Below, in pieces: positions 35,576 to 43,375 of a DNA stretch of 53,238 bases. The stretch comes from an uncultured Anaerolineae bacterium (GTDB lineage Bacteria > Chloroflexota > Anaerolineae > Aggregatilineales > Ch27). Position numbers and translations under genes: made by a program. Under the pieces are notes generated by a model. The model was not told where the DNA came from and made no database searches. It worked only from the letters and a program-made list of their open reading frames with translations. Location of the stretch: NCBI GenBank assembly GCA_964533805.1, contig CAZHMJ010000004.1, positions 1 through 53,238 of the forward strand. Reading direction: 5' to 3'. Every line of letters begins with the position of its first letter. The first letter of the stretch is position 1.

Positions 35576-36619
35576 CTATTCACGCGCCCGCACCACAATA
35601 GCATGGATCGCGTCGGTTCCATCCGGATAGGCCCCGCTGTCTGGGCCAGGCATCCGGCTCTGGACAAAGCCGCTCTCGTCCGTAGCTCGTACGCAGATCG
35701 AGACGTCGCCGGGCTGCTCTGGAGTCCAGTGGGTATACCACTGCGTCCAGGCATGGCGGCTCACCGCCGGGCGAATCGTGACCGGCATCCAGGTCCCACC
35801 GTCGACGCTCACCTCGACCGCGCGGATGGCCCGCTCGCCGGCATACGCCACTCCTTGTAGCGCGACCGGTTCCCCAACCTGCACCTCACTCTGCGAGACA
35901 GGCGTATCGATCCGCGACCAGGTTTTGACCAGACCGGAAGCCGACCAGCCGTGCGGGGCGCGCTCCCAGGTCCCGACAGGTTCGTAATCGACCAGGGTGA
36001 TAGCCTTGAGCCACTTGGGCGATTTCAGCCCATACCGGCCGGGGAACACCACGCGCAGCGGGTAGCCGTGCTCACGCGGCAGCCGCCCGCCGTTCATCTC
36101 ATAAGCCAGCAGCACCCCGGCATCCGCCACTTCGGTCAGCGGCAGGCCAGTCGTGTACCCGTCCGCCGACTCGAAGCAGAGGTGAGTCGCCTCCGCTCGG
36201 ACGCCTGTCCGCGCCAGCAGGTCGGCCAGCCGGACGCCCCGCCAGGTGGCGTTGCCGATCTGGTCGCCGCCCGGCACGTTGCCGATGCACATCAGCGTGC
36301 AGGTGTCCAGAGCGCTGGGCAGCGTCCACAACTGGGTCAGCGACAGAAACAGCGGAGTCTCCACCAGCCCGCCCACCGCCAGCCGCCACGTACCCAGGTC
36401 GATCTCCGGCGCTTCCGTCCCAGGCCGGTAGGTCTGACGGAAGAACTGGCCGTTGAGCGTAATCAGGGGCCGGTCGTGCGTCAGCGTCATCGGCCGCGAG
36501 GCCGGCTTCCTCCCCGGCTGCGGCGGCAGTACCTCCTTTGGGGGAGAGTCTAACGTCCCGGTCAGGGCGCGGAAGAATCCCCGGCGGGAGAGCCGGGCAG
36601 GACCATTCGAGTCGGGCAT
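35576..36619 (-). CDS. Tat-exported sulfite-oxidase-family molybdopterin oxidoreductase (SorA/SUOX-like with dimerisation domain)
   Basis: Start moved to MPDSNGPARLSRRGFFRAL (Tat motif). Mo-ligand region LMCIGNVPGGDQIGNATWRGVRLADLL. C-terminal Ig-like Mo-co dimerisation segment VQGVAYAGERAIRAVEVSVDGGTW. Confidence 0.8.
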   Translation of the reverse strand: MPDSNGPARLSRRGFFRALTGTLDSPPKEVLPPQPGRKPASRPMTLTHDRPLITLNGQFFRQTYRPGTEAPEIDLGTWRLAVGGLVETPLFLSLTQLWTLPSALDTCTLMCIGNVPGGDQIGNATWRGVRLADLLARTGVRAEATHLCFESADGYTTGLPLTEVADAGVLLAYEMNGGRLPREHGYPLRVVFPGRYGLKSPKWLKAITLVDYEPVGTWERAPHGWSASGLVKTWSRIDTPVSQSEVQVGEPVALQGVAYAGERAIRAVEVSVDGGTWMPVTIRPAVSRHAWTQWYTHWTPEQPGDVSICVRATDESGFVQSRMPGPDSGAYPDGTDAIHAIVVRARE

Positions 36620-36654
36620 ATCTATCCTTCCTGCAGCGATCGAATAAGCTGAGT

Positions 36655-37131
36655 TCAGGCCCGGCGTTCGCGCTGGCGCCATCGCGCAGCCTCGCGCACC
36701 ATCGCCACGATTCCCATCAAACCCTGGCCTTTGCCCATCGAGATGTTCCGGCCAAAAATGGCAAGTACAATCTCGTCGGAGACCTGGGCCACCTGTTCCA
36801 ACGGTTGGCCGGACAGCGTTTGATCGAGAATAGCCGCCATCGCCTTCGCCGACAAACCTTGAGGGTTTTCGACGGCGAAATGGAATTTGAGCGTCCCATC
36901 TGGCCGGTCTTCCGCCCAGACATAAGCCTCCGACTCGCAGAACGGCACCCGGTGATCTTCGGGATAAGGCGGCATCGCGATGCGGGCCGGCACGGGCTGG
37001 AACTGGTCGGCCAACTCGATCAGGTAGGCCGATCGTTCCTCGCGGTCAGTGATCAGGCTGAAATCCTGCAAAACCCGGTTGAGTGTTTCGGGAATGCTGG
37101 GCGAAGTCACGCTTCCATCCTTCCAGTCCAT
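36655..37131 (-). CDS. SufE/CsdE-like sulfur acceptor protein
   Basis: YLIELADQF..., conserved Cys in FCESEAYVWAE, and GKGQGLMGIVAMVR matching the SufE C-terminal motif. Confidence 0.75.
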   Translation of the reverse strand: MDWKDGSVTSPSIPETLNRVLQDFSLITDREERSAYLIELADQFQPVPARIAMPPYPEDHRVPFCESEAYVWAEDRPDGTLKFHFAVENPQGLSAKAMAAILDQTLSGQPLEQVAQVSDEIVLAIFGRNISMGKGQGLMGIVAMVREAARWRQRERRA

Positions 37132-37188
37132 CTTGCCTTGAAGACGGCATGGCGCTTGCCGCCACGATCGACTATAGACGACCCATCG

Positions 37189-38052
37189 CTACTTTTCAAT
37201 CGGGACGCCGACCAGGTTGCCCCACTCCGTCCAGCTTCCATCGTAGTTACGCACATTCTGGAAACCCAGCAGATAAGTCAGCACAAACCAGGTATGGCTA
37301 CTGCGCTCGCCGATCCGGCAATAAGCCACCGTCGGCTCGAATGGGTCAAGCCCCTGCTCCTGCTGGTAGATCGCGCGCAGTTCATCGGCTGTCTTGAAGA
37401 CACCATCGTCCGGGTTGGCCGCCCGCGCCCAGGGGATGTTGCGCGCGCCGGGAATGTGTCCACCGCGCAGCGCGCCTTCGTTCGGGTAGCCCTCCATATG
37501 CGTCCGTTCTCCGGTGTATTCGGCCGGGCTGCGCACGTCCACAAGCTGGCCCTGGGCCTGGACATGGGCCAGCACCTGGTCGCGGAAGGCCCGGATCTGG
37601 CTGTCATCCCGCGGACGGGCGCGGTACGCCGTCGCAGGGTAAGCGGGCTTCTCGCGGGTCAGTTCGCGGCCTTCCTTCTCCCACTTCAGACGGCCGCCAT
37701 CCATAATCCGGGCGCTGGTATGGCCGAACAACTGAAAAACCCAGAAGGCATAGCAGGCCCACCAGTTGTTCTTGTCGCCGTAGAAAACGACCGTGGTCTG
37801 GGGCGTGATCCCGATCCGCGAGGCCAGGGCCTCGAACCCGGTCTGGTCAAGGTAATCGCGGCGGACCGGGTCGTTCAGGTCGGCCGCCCAATCGACTTCG
37901 ACCGCGCCGGGAATGTGACCCGCCGGATATAGCAGCGGGTCTTCGTTGGATTCCACAATGCGCACGTCCGGGTCGTCGCGATGCGCCGCCACCCAGTCCG
38001 TCGAAACCAGCGCCTCAGGCCGCGCATACCCGCGCTGCGATATTTCGGTCAT
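37189..38052 (-). CDS. two-domain rhodanese, thiosulfate sulfurtransferase type
   Basis: Tandem rhodanese domains. Active-site loop CRIGERSSH (CRxGxR type). RBS AAGGAG. Confidence 0.9.
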   Translation of the reverse strand: MTEISQRGYARPEALVSTDWVAAHRDDPDVRIVESNEDPLLYPAGHIPGAVEVDWAADLNDPVRRDYLDQTGFEALASRIGITPQTTVVFYGDKNNWWACYAFWVFQLFGHTSARIMDGGRLKWEKEGRELTREKPAYPATAYRARPRDDSQIRAFRDQVLAHVQAQGQLVDVRSPAEYTGERTHMEGYPNEGALRGGHIPGARNIPWARAANPDDGVFKTADELRAIYQQEQGLDPFEPTVAYCRIGERSSHTWFVLTYLLGFQNVRNYDGSWTEWGNLVGVPIEK

Positions 38053-38088
38053 GACAAGAAACTCCTTGGTCTATTTAACACGCCGATC

Positions 38089-38123
38089 AAAACAAAAAGC
38101 CGCCGGGAGACTGTCCGGGCGGC
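38089..38123 (-). terminator. intrinsic terminator inside the 5' leader of the rhodanese operon (attenuator)
   Basis: Minus strand: GCCGCC-C-GG-acagucu-CC-C-GGCGGC followed by UUUUUGUUUU. It ends 36 nt before the rhodanese ATG and upstream of its RBS. Confidence 0.65.
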
Positions 38124-38147
38124 CGCATTCATAAAACCAGATCGCCA

Positions 38148-38255
38148 TCACTGCGGTTGAACAACCATCAACCCCACCCAGGCAGGACAGGCTCTGTCTG
38201 GACACGGACAGTCACAAACGCCAACAACGGGAGGGAGGCTCTGCTGCATGTTCAT
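38148..38255 (-). CDS. candidate leaderless 35-aa Cys-rich leader peptide (MNMQQSLPPVVGVCDCPCPDRACPAWVGLMVVQPQ)
   Basis: The ATG begins 6 nt after the -10 hexamer, at the expected TSS. Four UGU Cys codons fall within 10 codons. The stop lies 24 nt before the terminator stem. Too short for the ORF track. Confidence 0.35.
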   Translation of the reverse strand: MNMQQSLPPVVGVCDCPCPDRACPAWVGLMVVQPQ

Positions 38256-38261
38256 GGTCAC

Positions 38262-38289
38262 AGCATAACATGCTCACGACAAAAGTCAA
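38262..38289 (-). promoter_or_regulatory. sigma70-type promoter TTGACT-16-(TGT)TATGCT for the rhodanese operon leader
   Basis: Read on the minus strand in the only AT-rich island of the spacer. An extended -10 TG is present. Confidence 0.5.
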
Positions 38290-38327
38290 GTATTTATGTC
38301 ATTTTAATCATGTTTACCCCGATAACC

Positions 38328-38335
38328 TGTATAAT
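38328..38335 (+). promoter_or_regulatory. extended -10 promoter TGTATAAT for the M28 peptidase gene (divergent from the rhodanese promoter)
   Basis: A perfect TGnTATAAT about 92 nt upstream of ATG 38427. The -35 is weak. Confidence 0.45.
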
Positions 38336-38426
38336 GGGTCTCGGCCGGCCGGCGATTGGCCTGCGACTGCCCGTCCGTTCACCCTGAGTCACGGCATTTC
38401 CGTCCACAGATGTTACAATTATCCCT

Positions 38427-39839
38427 ATGACTACCGCACACCGTCCTCGTCTCCGCCGACGTCCCTGGCTGCTGCTGATTGTCTTTGCCCTGCTGCTGTT
38501 TTTGAGCATGATGGCCTGTAATCTATCCAGCCCGCCGCCGCCGACCGTCCCGCCGCGCCTGCCCACCAGCACCCCTCAGGCTCCTTTGGGAATCAGCACC
38601 CAGGTGCCCATCGCCCTGCCCACCGGCATCCCGGCCGAGGCTCCGACCGATCCGGGGATCGAGGGGCTGCTGAACCAGATCGACCCAGCCCGCCTGATGC
38701 AGCACACCCAGGCGCTGTTCAACTTCGGCACGCGCTACATCAATTCAGCCCAGACCGACCCCGCGCGCGGGATCGGCGCCGCCCGCCAGTATATCCGCGA
38801 CACATTCTCCTCCTACAGCGCCCAGGCCCAGGGCCGTCTGACCGTGTGGGAGCATCCCTTCACCCTGACCTGGGAGGAGAAAGAAACCCTCCAGTACAAC
38901 ATCGTCTGCTCATTGCAGGGCACGGAGAGCGGCGCGGGCGTGGTCATCCTGGGCGGACACTACGACAGCGTGGCCTACGACGTCGATGCCACAATCAACG
39001 CCCCTGGTGCGGATGACAACGGCACCGGCATCGCCGCCATGTTGGAGATCGCGCGGGTTTTGAGCCAGACTCCGCAGCGGGCCACGATTATCTTCATTGC
39101 CTTTTCGGCGGAAGAAGTCGGACGAATTGGCAGCATCCGCTTCATCGACGAATACATCAAGGAGTACGCCATCGATGTGCGCGCGGTGCTGACCCTGGAT
39201 ACCATCGGCAACATTAGCGGGCCAAACAATTCCACCAACGACCACCAGATCCGAATCTTCTCGGATGAAGACAACCGCTCGCCCTCGCGCCAGCTCAGCC
39301 GGGCGATCCAGCTCGTCGCCAGCACATACATCCCGGATATGCAGGTCGTCGTCCAGCCCGCCGGTGACCGGGAAGGCCGCTGGGGCGACCACATGAGCTT
39401 CACGTCGCAGGGGTATGCCTCCGTGCGCTTCATCGAGGCGATCCAGGACCCGGCCCGTCAGAATAACAGTTACGACACGATCGAATACGTCAATGCCAAC
39501 TACCTAACTCGATCCACTCGAGTCGCCCTGGCGACCCTGGCCGTGCTGGCCAACGGTCTGCAACCGCCGGATAACTTCAGCCTGCGCGCCAACCCGCAGG
39601 ATCCGAACAATCACACCCTGGTCTGGTCGCCGGTAGAAGGGGCCAGCGGCTACATCATCGCCCTGCGCCCGGTCGAAGCCATCACCTATACCCAGATTCT
39701 GAACGTCGGCCCAGCCAATTCACTGACCTGGAGCGGCTTCACCCCCGACCGCTTCGAAGGGGTGAGCATCGCCGCGGTCGATGCATCCGGCCGCTGGGGG
39801 CCGTTCAGCGCGGAGTTTCTGCTCGCCACAGCTCAGTAG
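38427..39839 (+). CDS. M28-family zinc aminopeptidase with signal/lipoprotein N-terminus and C-terminal FN3-like domain
   Basis: GGHYDSV, APGADDNGTGIAAMLEIARVL, FIAFSAEE, and a His in WGDHMSF. The tail has LVWSPVEGASGYII (FN3-like). Confidence 0.85.
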   Translation: MTTAHRPRLRRRPWLLLIVFALLLFLSMMACNLSSPPPPTVPPRLPTSTPQAPLGISTQVPIALPTGIPAEAPTDPGIEGLLNQIDPARLMQHTQALFNFGTRYINSAQTDPARGIGAARQYIRDTFSSYSAQAQGRLTVWEHPFTLTWEEKETLQYNIVCSLQGTESGAGVVILGGHYDSVAYDVDATINAPGADDNGTGIAAMLEIARVLSQTPQRATIIFIAFSAEEVGRIGSIRFIDEYIKEYAIDVRAVLTLDTIGNISGPNNSTNDHQIRIFSDEDNRSPSRQLSRAIQLVASTYIPDMQVVVQPAGDREGRWGDHMSFTSQGYASVRFIEAIQDPARQNNSYDTIEYVNANYLTRSTRVALATLAVLANGLQPPDNFSLRANPQDPNNHTLVWSPVEGASGYIIALRPVEAITYTQILNVGPANSLTWSGFTPDRFEGVSIAAVDASGRWGPFSAEFLLATAQ

Positions 39840-39847
39840 GAGACACC

Positions 39848-40744
39848 ATGCCTGACAAAAGAACCGAACCGCAACAACTCATGCATTTCGGCACGGTGGG
39901 CAGCCCGCAGACCACGCCCACCAGCGGCACGCCCGCCGCCATCGCCCATACCCGCATCCTGGGCCTCGATCACCTGGAAATCGCCTGGGTGCGCAGCGTC
40001 AGCGCCACTGAAAAAACCTGCGCCGAGATCAAAGCGGCCGCCGCCCAGAACAATGTGACGCTCAGCATCCACGCTCCGTATTTCATCAACCTCAACAGCC
40101 AGACGGCAGAGCTGATGCACAACTCGGATGAGCGTCTGCTCAAGGCGGCCCGCACCGGGTACCTGGCCGGCGCGCGGGATATCGTCTTCCACCCCGGTAG
40201 CTACCACGAGCAGCCGCCGGAACAGGTCTACGAGCGCATTAAGGAAAAGGTGATCGAGATTCGCGACATTCTGCGGAGCGAAGGAGTGGATGTCATCCTG
40301 CGGCCGGAGACAATGGGCAAGACGGCCGTCTTCGGGACTCTCGACGAGCTGGTGCAACTCAGCAAGGAGGTCGACGGCGTGCTGCCCTGCATCGACTGGG
40401 CCCACCTCCACGCCCGGAGCGGAGACGGCTCTTTCAATGGATATGACGACTTCGCCGCCACGCTCAAAAAGGTGCAGGATAACCTGGGCGAGCGCGGGCT
40501 GAAGCATCTCCACTGCCATCTGAGCGGGATCGAATACACCGCCAAGGGCGAGAAACGCCACATCCCCCTCAACCAGGCGGATATCCTGTACCGGGAATTG
40601 ATGCAGGCCTTGGTCGATTTCGAAGCAGCTGGGGTGATCGCGGTCGAGGCCCCGGAGCCGTTTCACGTCTCCGACTGCCTGACCATCCAGGCGACATACC
40701 GGCATGTCCTGCGCGGCGGAGAACTGAGCGGCGGGGAATACTGA
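39848..40744 (+). CDS. endonuclease IV-like TIM-barrel protein (xylose-isomerase-like fold)
   Basis: SIHAPYFINL, FHPGSY, RPETMGK, IDWAHLHA and HCHLSG follow the metal-ligand order of Nfo-family AP endonucleases. Confidence 0.65.
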   Translation: MPDKRTEPQQLMHFGTVGSPQTTPTSGTPAAIAHTRILGLDHLEIAWVRSVSATEKTCAEIKAAAAQNNVTLSIHAPYFINLNSQTAELMHNSDERLLKAARTGYLAGARDIVFHPGSYHEQPPEQVYERIKEKVIEIRDILRSEGVDVILRPETMGKTAVFGTLDELVQLSKEVDGVLPCIDWAHLHARSGDGSFNGYDDFAATLKKVQDNLGERGLKHLHCHLSGIEYTAKGEKRHIPLNQADILYRELMQALVDFEAAGVIAVEAPEPFHVSDCLTIQATYRHVLRGGELSGGEY

Positions 40745-40774
40745 AACAAAACCGGGGGGAGCACATCCCCCCGG
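40744..40774 (-). terminator. intrinsic terminator after galK (the hairpin is shared with the convergent gene)
   Basis: Minus strand: CCGGGGGGA-ugugc-UCCCCCCGG followed by UUUUGUUUC. Confidence 0.65.
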
Positions 40775-40792
40775 TCGATTCCTCACACAAGT

Positions 40793-41944
40793 CTAGTCCA
40801 GCCGCCGCGCGCCGCTGCCCGCGGCAGGAAACACCGGGTACAGGTCGGGCGTCAGCCCGGTCCGGGATTTGTAGACCGGAGCAACCGCCCGGATGAACGC
40901 CGGAACGGCCTCGCGCTCGACCAGGGCCACGGCGCATCCGCCGAACCCGCCACCACTCATCCGCGCTCCGAAGCAGCCGGGTTGAGTCTGAGCCAGATCG
41001 ACGATCACGTCCAATTCCTGGCAGCTTACTTCATAGTCATCCCGCAGGCTGGCATGGCTGGCGTTGAACAGCCGGCCGGTTTCGACCAGATCGCCGGCGC
41101 GCAGGGTTTCCACCGCGCGCAGCGTGCGCGCATTTTCGGTCACCACATGCCGCACCCGTTTCTGGATCACGGGCGGTAGCTTGGACAGGGCGGCGGGCAG
41201 ATCGGTCTCGCTCAAATCGCGCAACGCCTTCACGCCAAGCAGTGCCGCGCCTTCCTCGCACTGCCGCCGGCGCAACCCATACTCCGAATCGACCAGCCCG
41301 CGCTTCTTGGCCGTGTCCATGACGACCACGGCCGCCTCAGCCGGGACGGAGACCAGGGTCGTCTCCAGGCTGCGGCAGTCAATCAACAGGGCGTGCCCGG
41401 CATCCCCGGACGCCGAGGCCATCTGATCCATGACTCCGCAGGGGATACCGACGAATTTATGCTCGACTTCGACCCCCATCAAGGCCTTCTCAGCCTGGGA
41501 GTAGGTCTGCACGCCCAGAGCGGCCAGCAGTGCCTCCAGGACAGCCATCTCCACCGAGGCCGACGAGCTGACTCCGGCGCCGATCGGCAGTTCCGAGCCG
41601 AGGACCATGTCCAGGCCGGAGAGCGCGTAGCCCTTTTCCGCCAGCAGCCACATGATGCCGCGCGGATAGCGCGTCCAGTGAGGATGGTGATCGCCGCGCC
41701 AGTCCCCTAACTCGAAAGTGTGCTCGCCGTCGAAATCGAGCGAGACCACCCGCACCTGCCGGTCGTCCCGTGGCGCGAGGGCGACGAATGTCGCGCGGTT
41801 GATCGACATCGGCAGGACGAACCCATCGTTGTAATCGGTGTGCTCGCCGATCAGGTTGATCCGCCCCGGCGCGCGCGCCGCGATCGAGGGCGGACGCCCG
41901 ACCTTCGCCGCAAACGCCGCAAGCACAGCTTGTTCGTTTGGCAT
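40793..41944 (-). CDS. galK: galactokinase
   Basis: Galactokinase signature GRINLIGEHTDYNDGFVLP and GHMP kinase motif PIGAGVSSSAS. Confidence 0.9.
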   Translation of the reverse strand: MPNEQAVLAAFAAKVGRPPSIAARAPGRINLIGEHTDYNDGFVLPMSINRATFVALAPRDDRQVRVVSLDFDGEHTFELGDWRGDHHPHWTRYPRGIMWLLAEKGYALSGLDMVLGSELPIGAGVSSSASVEMAVLEALLAALGVQTYSQAEKALMGVEVEHKFVGIPCGVMDQMASASGDAGHALLIDCRSLETTLVSVPAEAAVVVMDTAKKRGLVDSEYGLRRRQCEEGAALLGVKALRDLSETDLPAALSKLPPVIQKRVRHVVTENARTLRAVETLRAGDLVETGRLFNASHASLRDDYEVSCQELDVIVDLAQTQPGCFGARMSGGGFGGCAVALVEREAVPAFIRAVAPVYKSRTGLTPDLYPVFPAAGSGARRLD

Positions 41945-42019
41945 ACAATGAACTCCTCTGAATAGATCGCTGGCCAGAGCAAAAATGCCCGGTTCAATTC
42001 GCCAGAATCGAGGTCAATC

Positions 42020-42748
42020 ATGACTCTAGATAGGGTGATTGTAACCTGTATCGACCGCATGAGCATGCGGCCCGGACGCCGTTGTGGGTTACGAGGCGGC
42101 CTGGCGCTGTCCGCCCTCCTGCTGGCGGGTTGCACCCTCTGGACGCCCTCGCCGCAGCCCGATCAGCCCACCGCCACCATCTCAATTGTCACCGAGCCGG
42201 CCACGAATACGCCCAGCACCGTACCAGTCGCTACCGAGCCGGCCACGAGTACGCCAACCGCCACCGCCACCGTCCTCACCGACTGCACCCACATGGTAAC
42301 CCGCACGCCGCCACCGGAAGCGCCAACCTACGGCCCCAATGCCAGTGGTGAATTCCACGACGCCGTCGATCCCCACGTTGAAACCTGCGCGACCCGCACC
42401 AGCCTGGCCGTCGGAGACAGCCTGACTCTCACCGGCATTGCCGTCGATTTCGGGCTGCCCGTCTACCGTCTGATCGGCGCCTCGGAGGGAGCATCCGAGC
42501 CGATCACGCTGGCAGTCGTCCAGTATGACAATCAGCCCGGACCGCAGGAAGCCGGGACAGTCCCCGGGTTGGAAGTTACCAACATGTCCGGAGATATGCA
42601 GCGGGTGCAGTTCGAGTTGAGAGCCACCGCGCCGGGCACGATCGATCTCGTCATCGGGGTCAGCGGCGAAGTGCATTATGGCTATCCAGGGCCGGCCTCC
42701 TGGAGCGCGGGACAGTCGGAACCGGTGCGCATCGAAATCACGAATTGA
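42020..42748 (+). CDS. hypothetical lipoprotein with Thr/Pro-rich linker
   Basis: Signal plus lipobox LLLAGC, then repeated EPATNTPST/EPATSTPTAT. No recognisable domain. Confidence 0.5.
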   Translation: MTLDRVIVTCIDRMSMRPGRRCGLRGGLALSALLLAGCTLWTPSPQPDQPTATISIVTEPATNTPSTVPVATEPATSTPTATATVLTDCTHMVTRTPPPEAPTYGPNASGEFHDAVDPHVETCATRTSLAVGDSLTLTGIAVDFGLPVYRLIGASEGASEPITLAVVQYDNQPGPQEAGTVPGLEVTNMSGDMQRVQFELRATAPGTIDLVIGVSGEVHYGYPGPASWSAGQSEPVRIEITN

Positions 42749-42846
42749 GCGCGGCCACATCAAGCTAACAAGCGGCGGATTTCGCTGTTTTGCGTTAAGG
42801 TCATGGGGATTGCATCCTCCTCATTCACCCAACGATAAGGCAACGC

Positions 42847-43299
42847 ATGGACGACAATCGGCTGCGGTCCCAGCTCATCAGCATCGCCGTGATGCTGGTC
42901 GGTGTGCTGCTGTCTGGTCTGTTTTTTTTCCTGGCCTGGGCGATAGGCCCACAAAATCCCTGGTACAACCTGCTGATGCCCCTCTCCTTCGCCGCGTTCC
43001 TAGGCAGCGCGGCGATCACGTTTATCATCCAGTTTGGCCTGCGCGTCCAACTGGAGCGCAGCCGTGTGCTCGGCTTCATGCTGGTCATCGTCTGGATTGG
43101 CGCGTCGCTGCTCTCCACCACGCTGGAAACCCTGCGCATCATGTCCGCCCACCTCGCGCGAGGCATCTCGTACATCATCGTCGCCGGCGGACTAATCGTT
43201 CTGGTGATTCCCGGTTTCCTGCTGATGCTGTTCCCCTGGCCGCCGCGCCTCCGGAAATCACCGGATGATCGATCTCAAAAGGATCGGGGCGGGTCGTAG
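42847..43299 (+). CDS. hypothetical 4-TM membrane protein
   Basis: Four hydrophobic helices and a basic C-terminal tail. No motif recognised. Confidence 0.45.
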   Translation: MDDNRLRSQLISIAVMLVGVLLSGLFFFLAWAIGPQNPWYNLLMPLSFAAFLGSAAITFIIQFGLRVQLERSRVLGFMLVIVWIGASLLSTTLETLRIMSAHLARGISYIIVAGGLIVLVIPGFLLMLFPWPPRLRKSPDDRSQKDRGGS

Positions 43300-43375
43300 G
43301 CGGCTTGTCCTGACCCTCCCCTCCGCTGTACCATAATCGGTGTCGCCACTTGCCAGCCCACGAGGAAACGAACCT

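Noticed and set aside
36619-36682. The longer track start (36682) for the sulfite-oxidase-family gene would overlap the SufE-like gene by 28 nt.
   Set aside because: The extra 21 residues precede the twin-arginine signal and have no function. Met22 (36619) places the RR motif at the normal distance from the N-terminus and removes the overlap.
38151-38179. GGGUGG ... ACCGCAG in the rhodanese leader resembles the conserved T-box sequence (GGGUGGNACCGCG).
   Set aside because: The two halves are separated by a 16-nt hairpin-forming insert. The leader before the terminator (about 130 nt) is too short for Stem I with a specifier loop. No AGAGA/GNUGGA-type boxes are visible, and the downstream genes are not aminoacyl-tRNA related.
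38225-38245. The GAGCCUCCCUCCC stretch in the same leader made me think of the Moco riboswitch, since the operon encodes a molybdoenzyme.
   Set aside because: I cannot reconstruct the multi-stem Moco motif architecture or its conserved junction nucleotides from this sequence by eye. The stretch lies inside the mini-ORF (codons SLPP). Kept only as something an Rfam scan (RF01055) should exclude.
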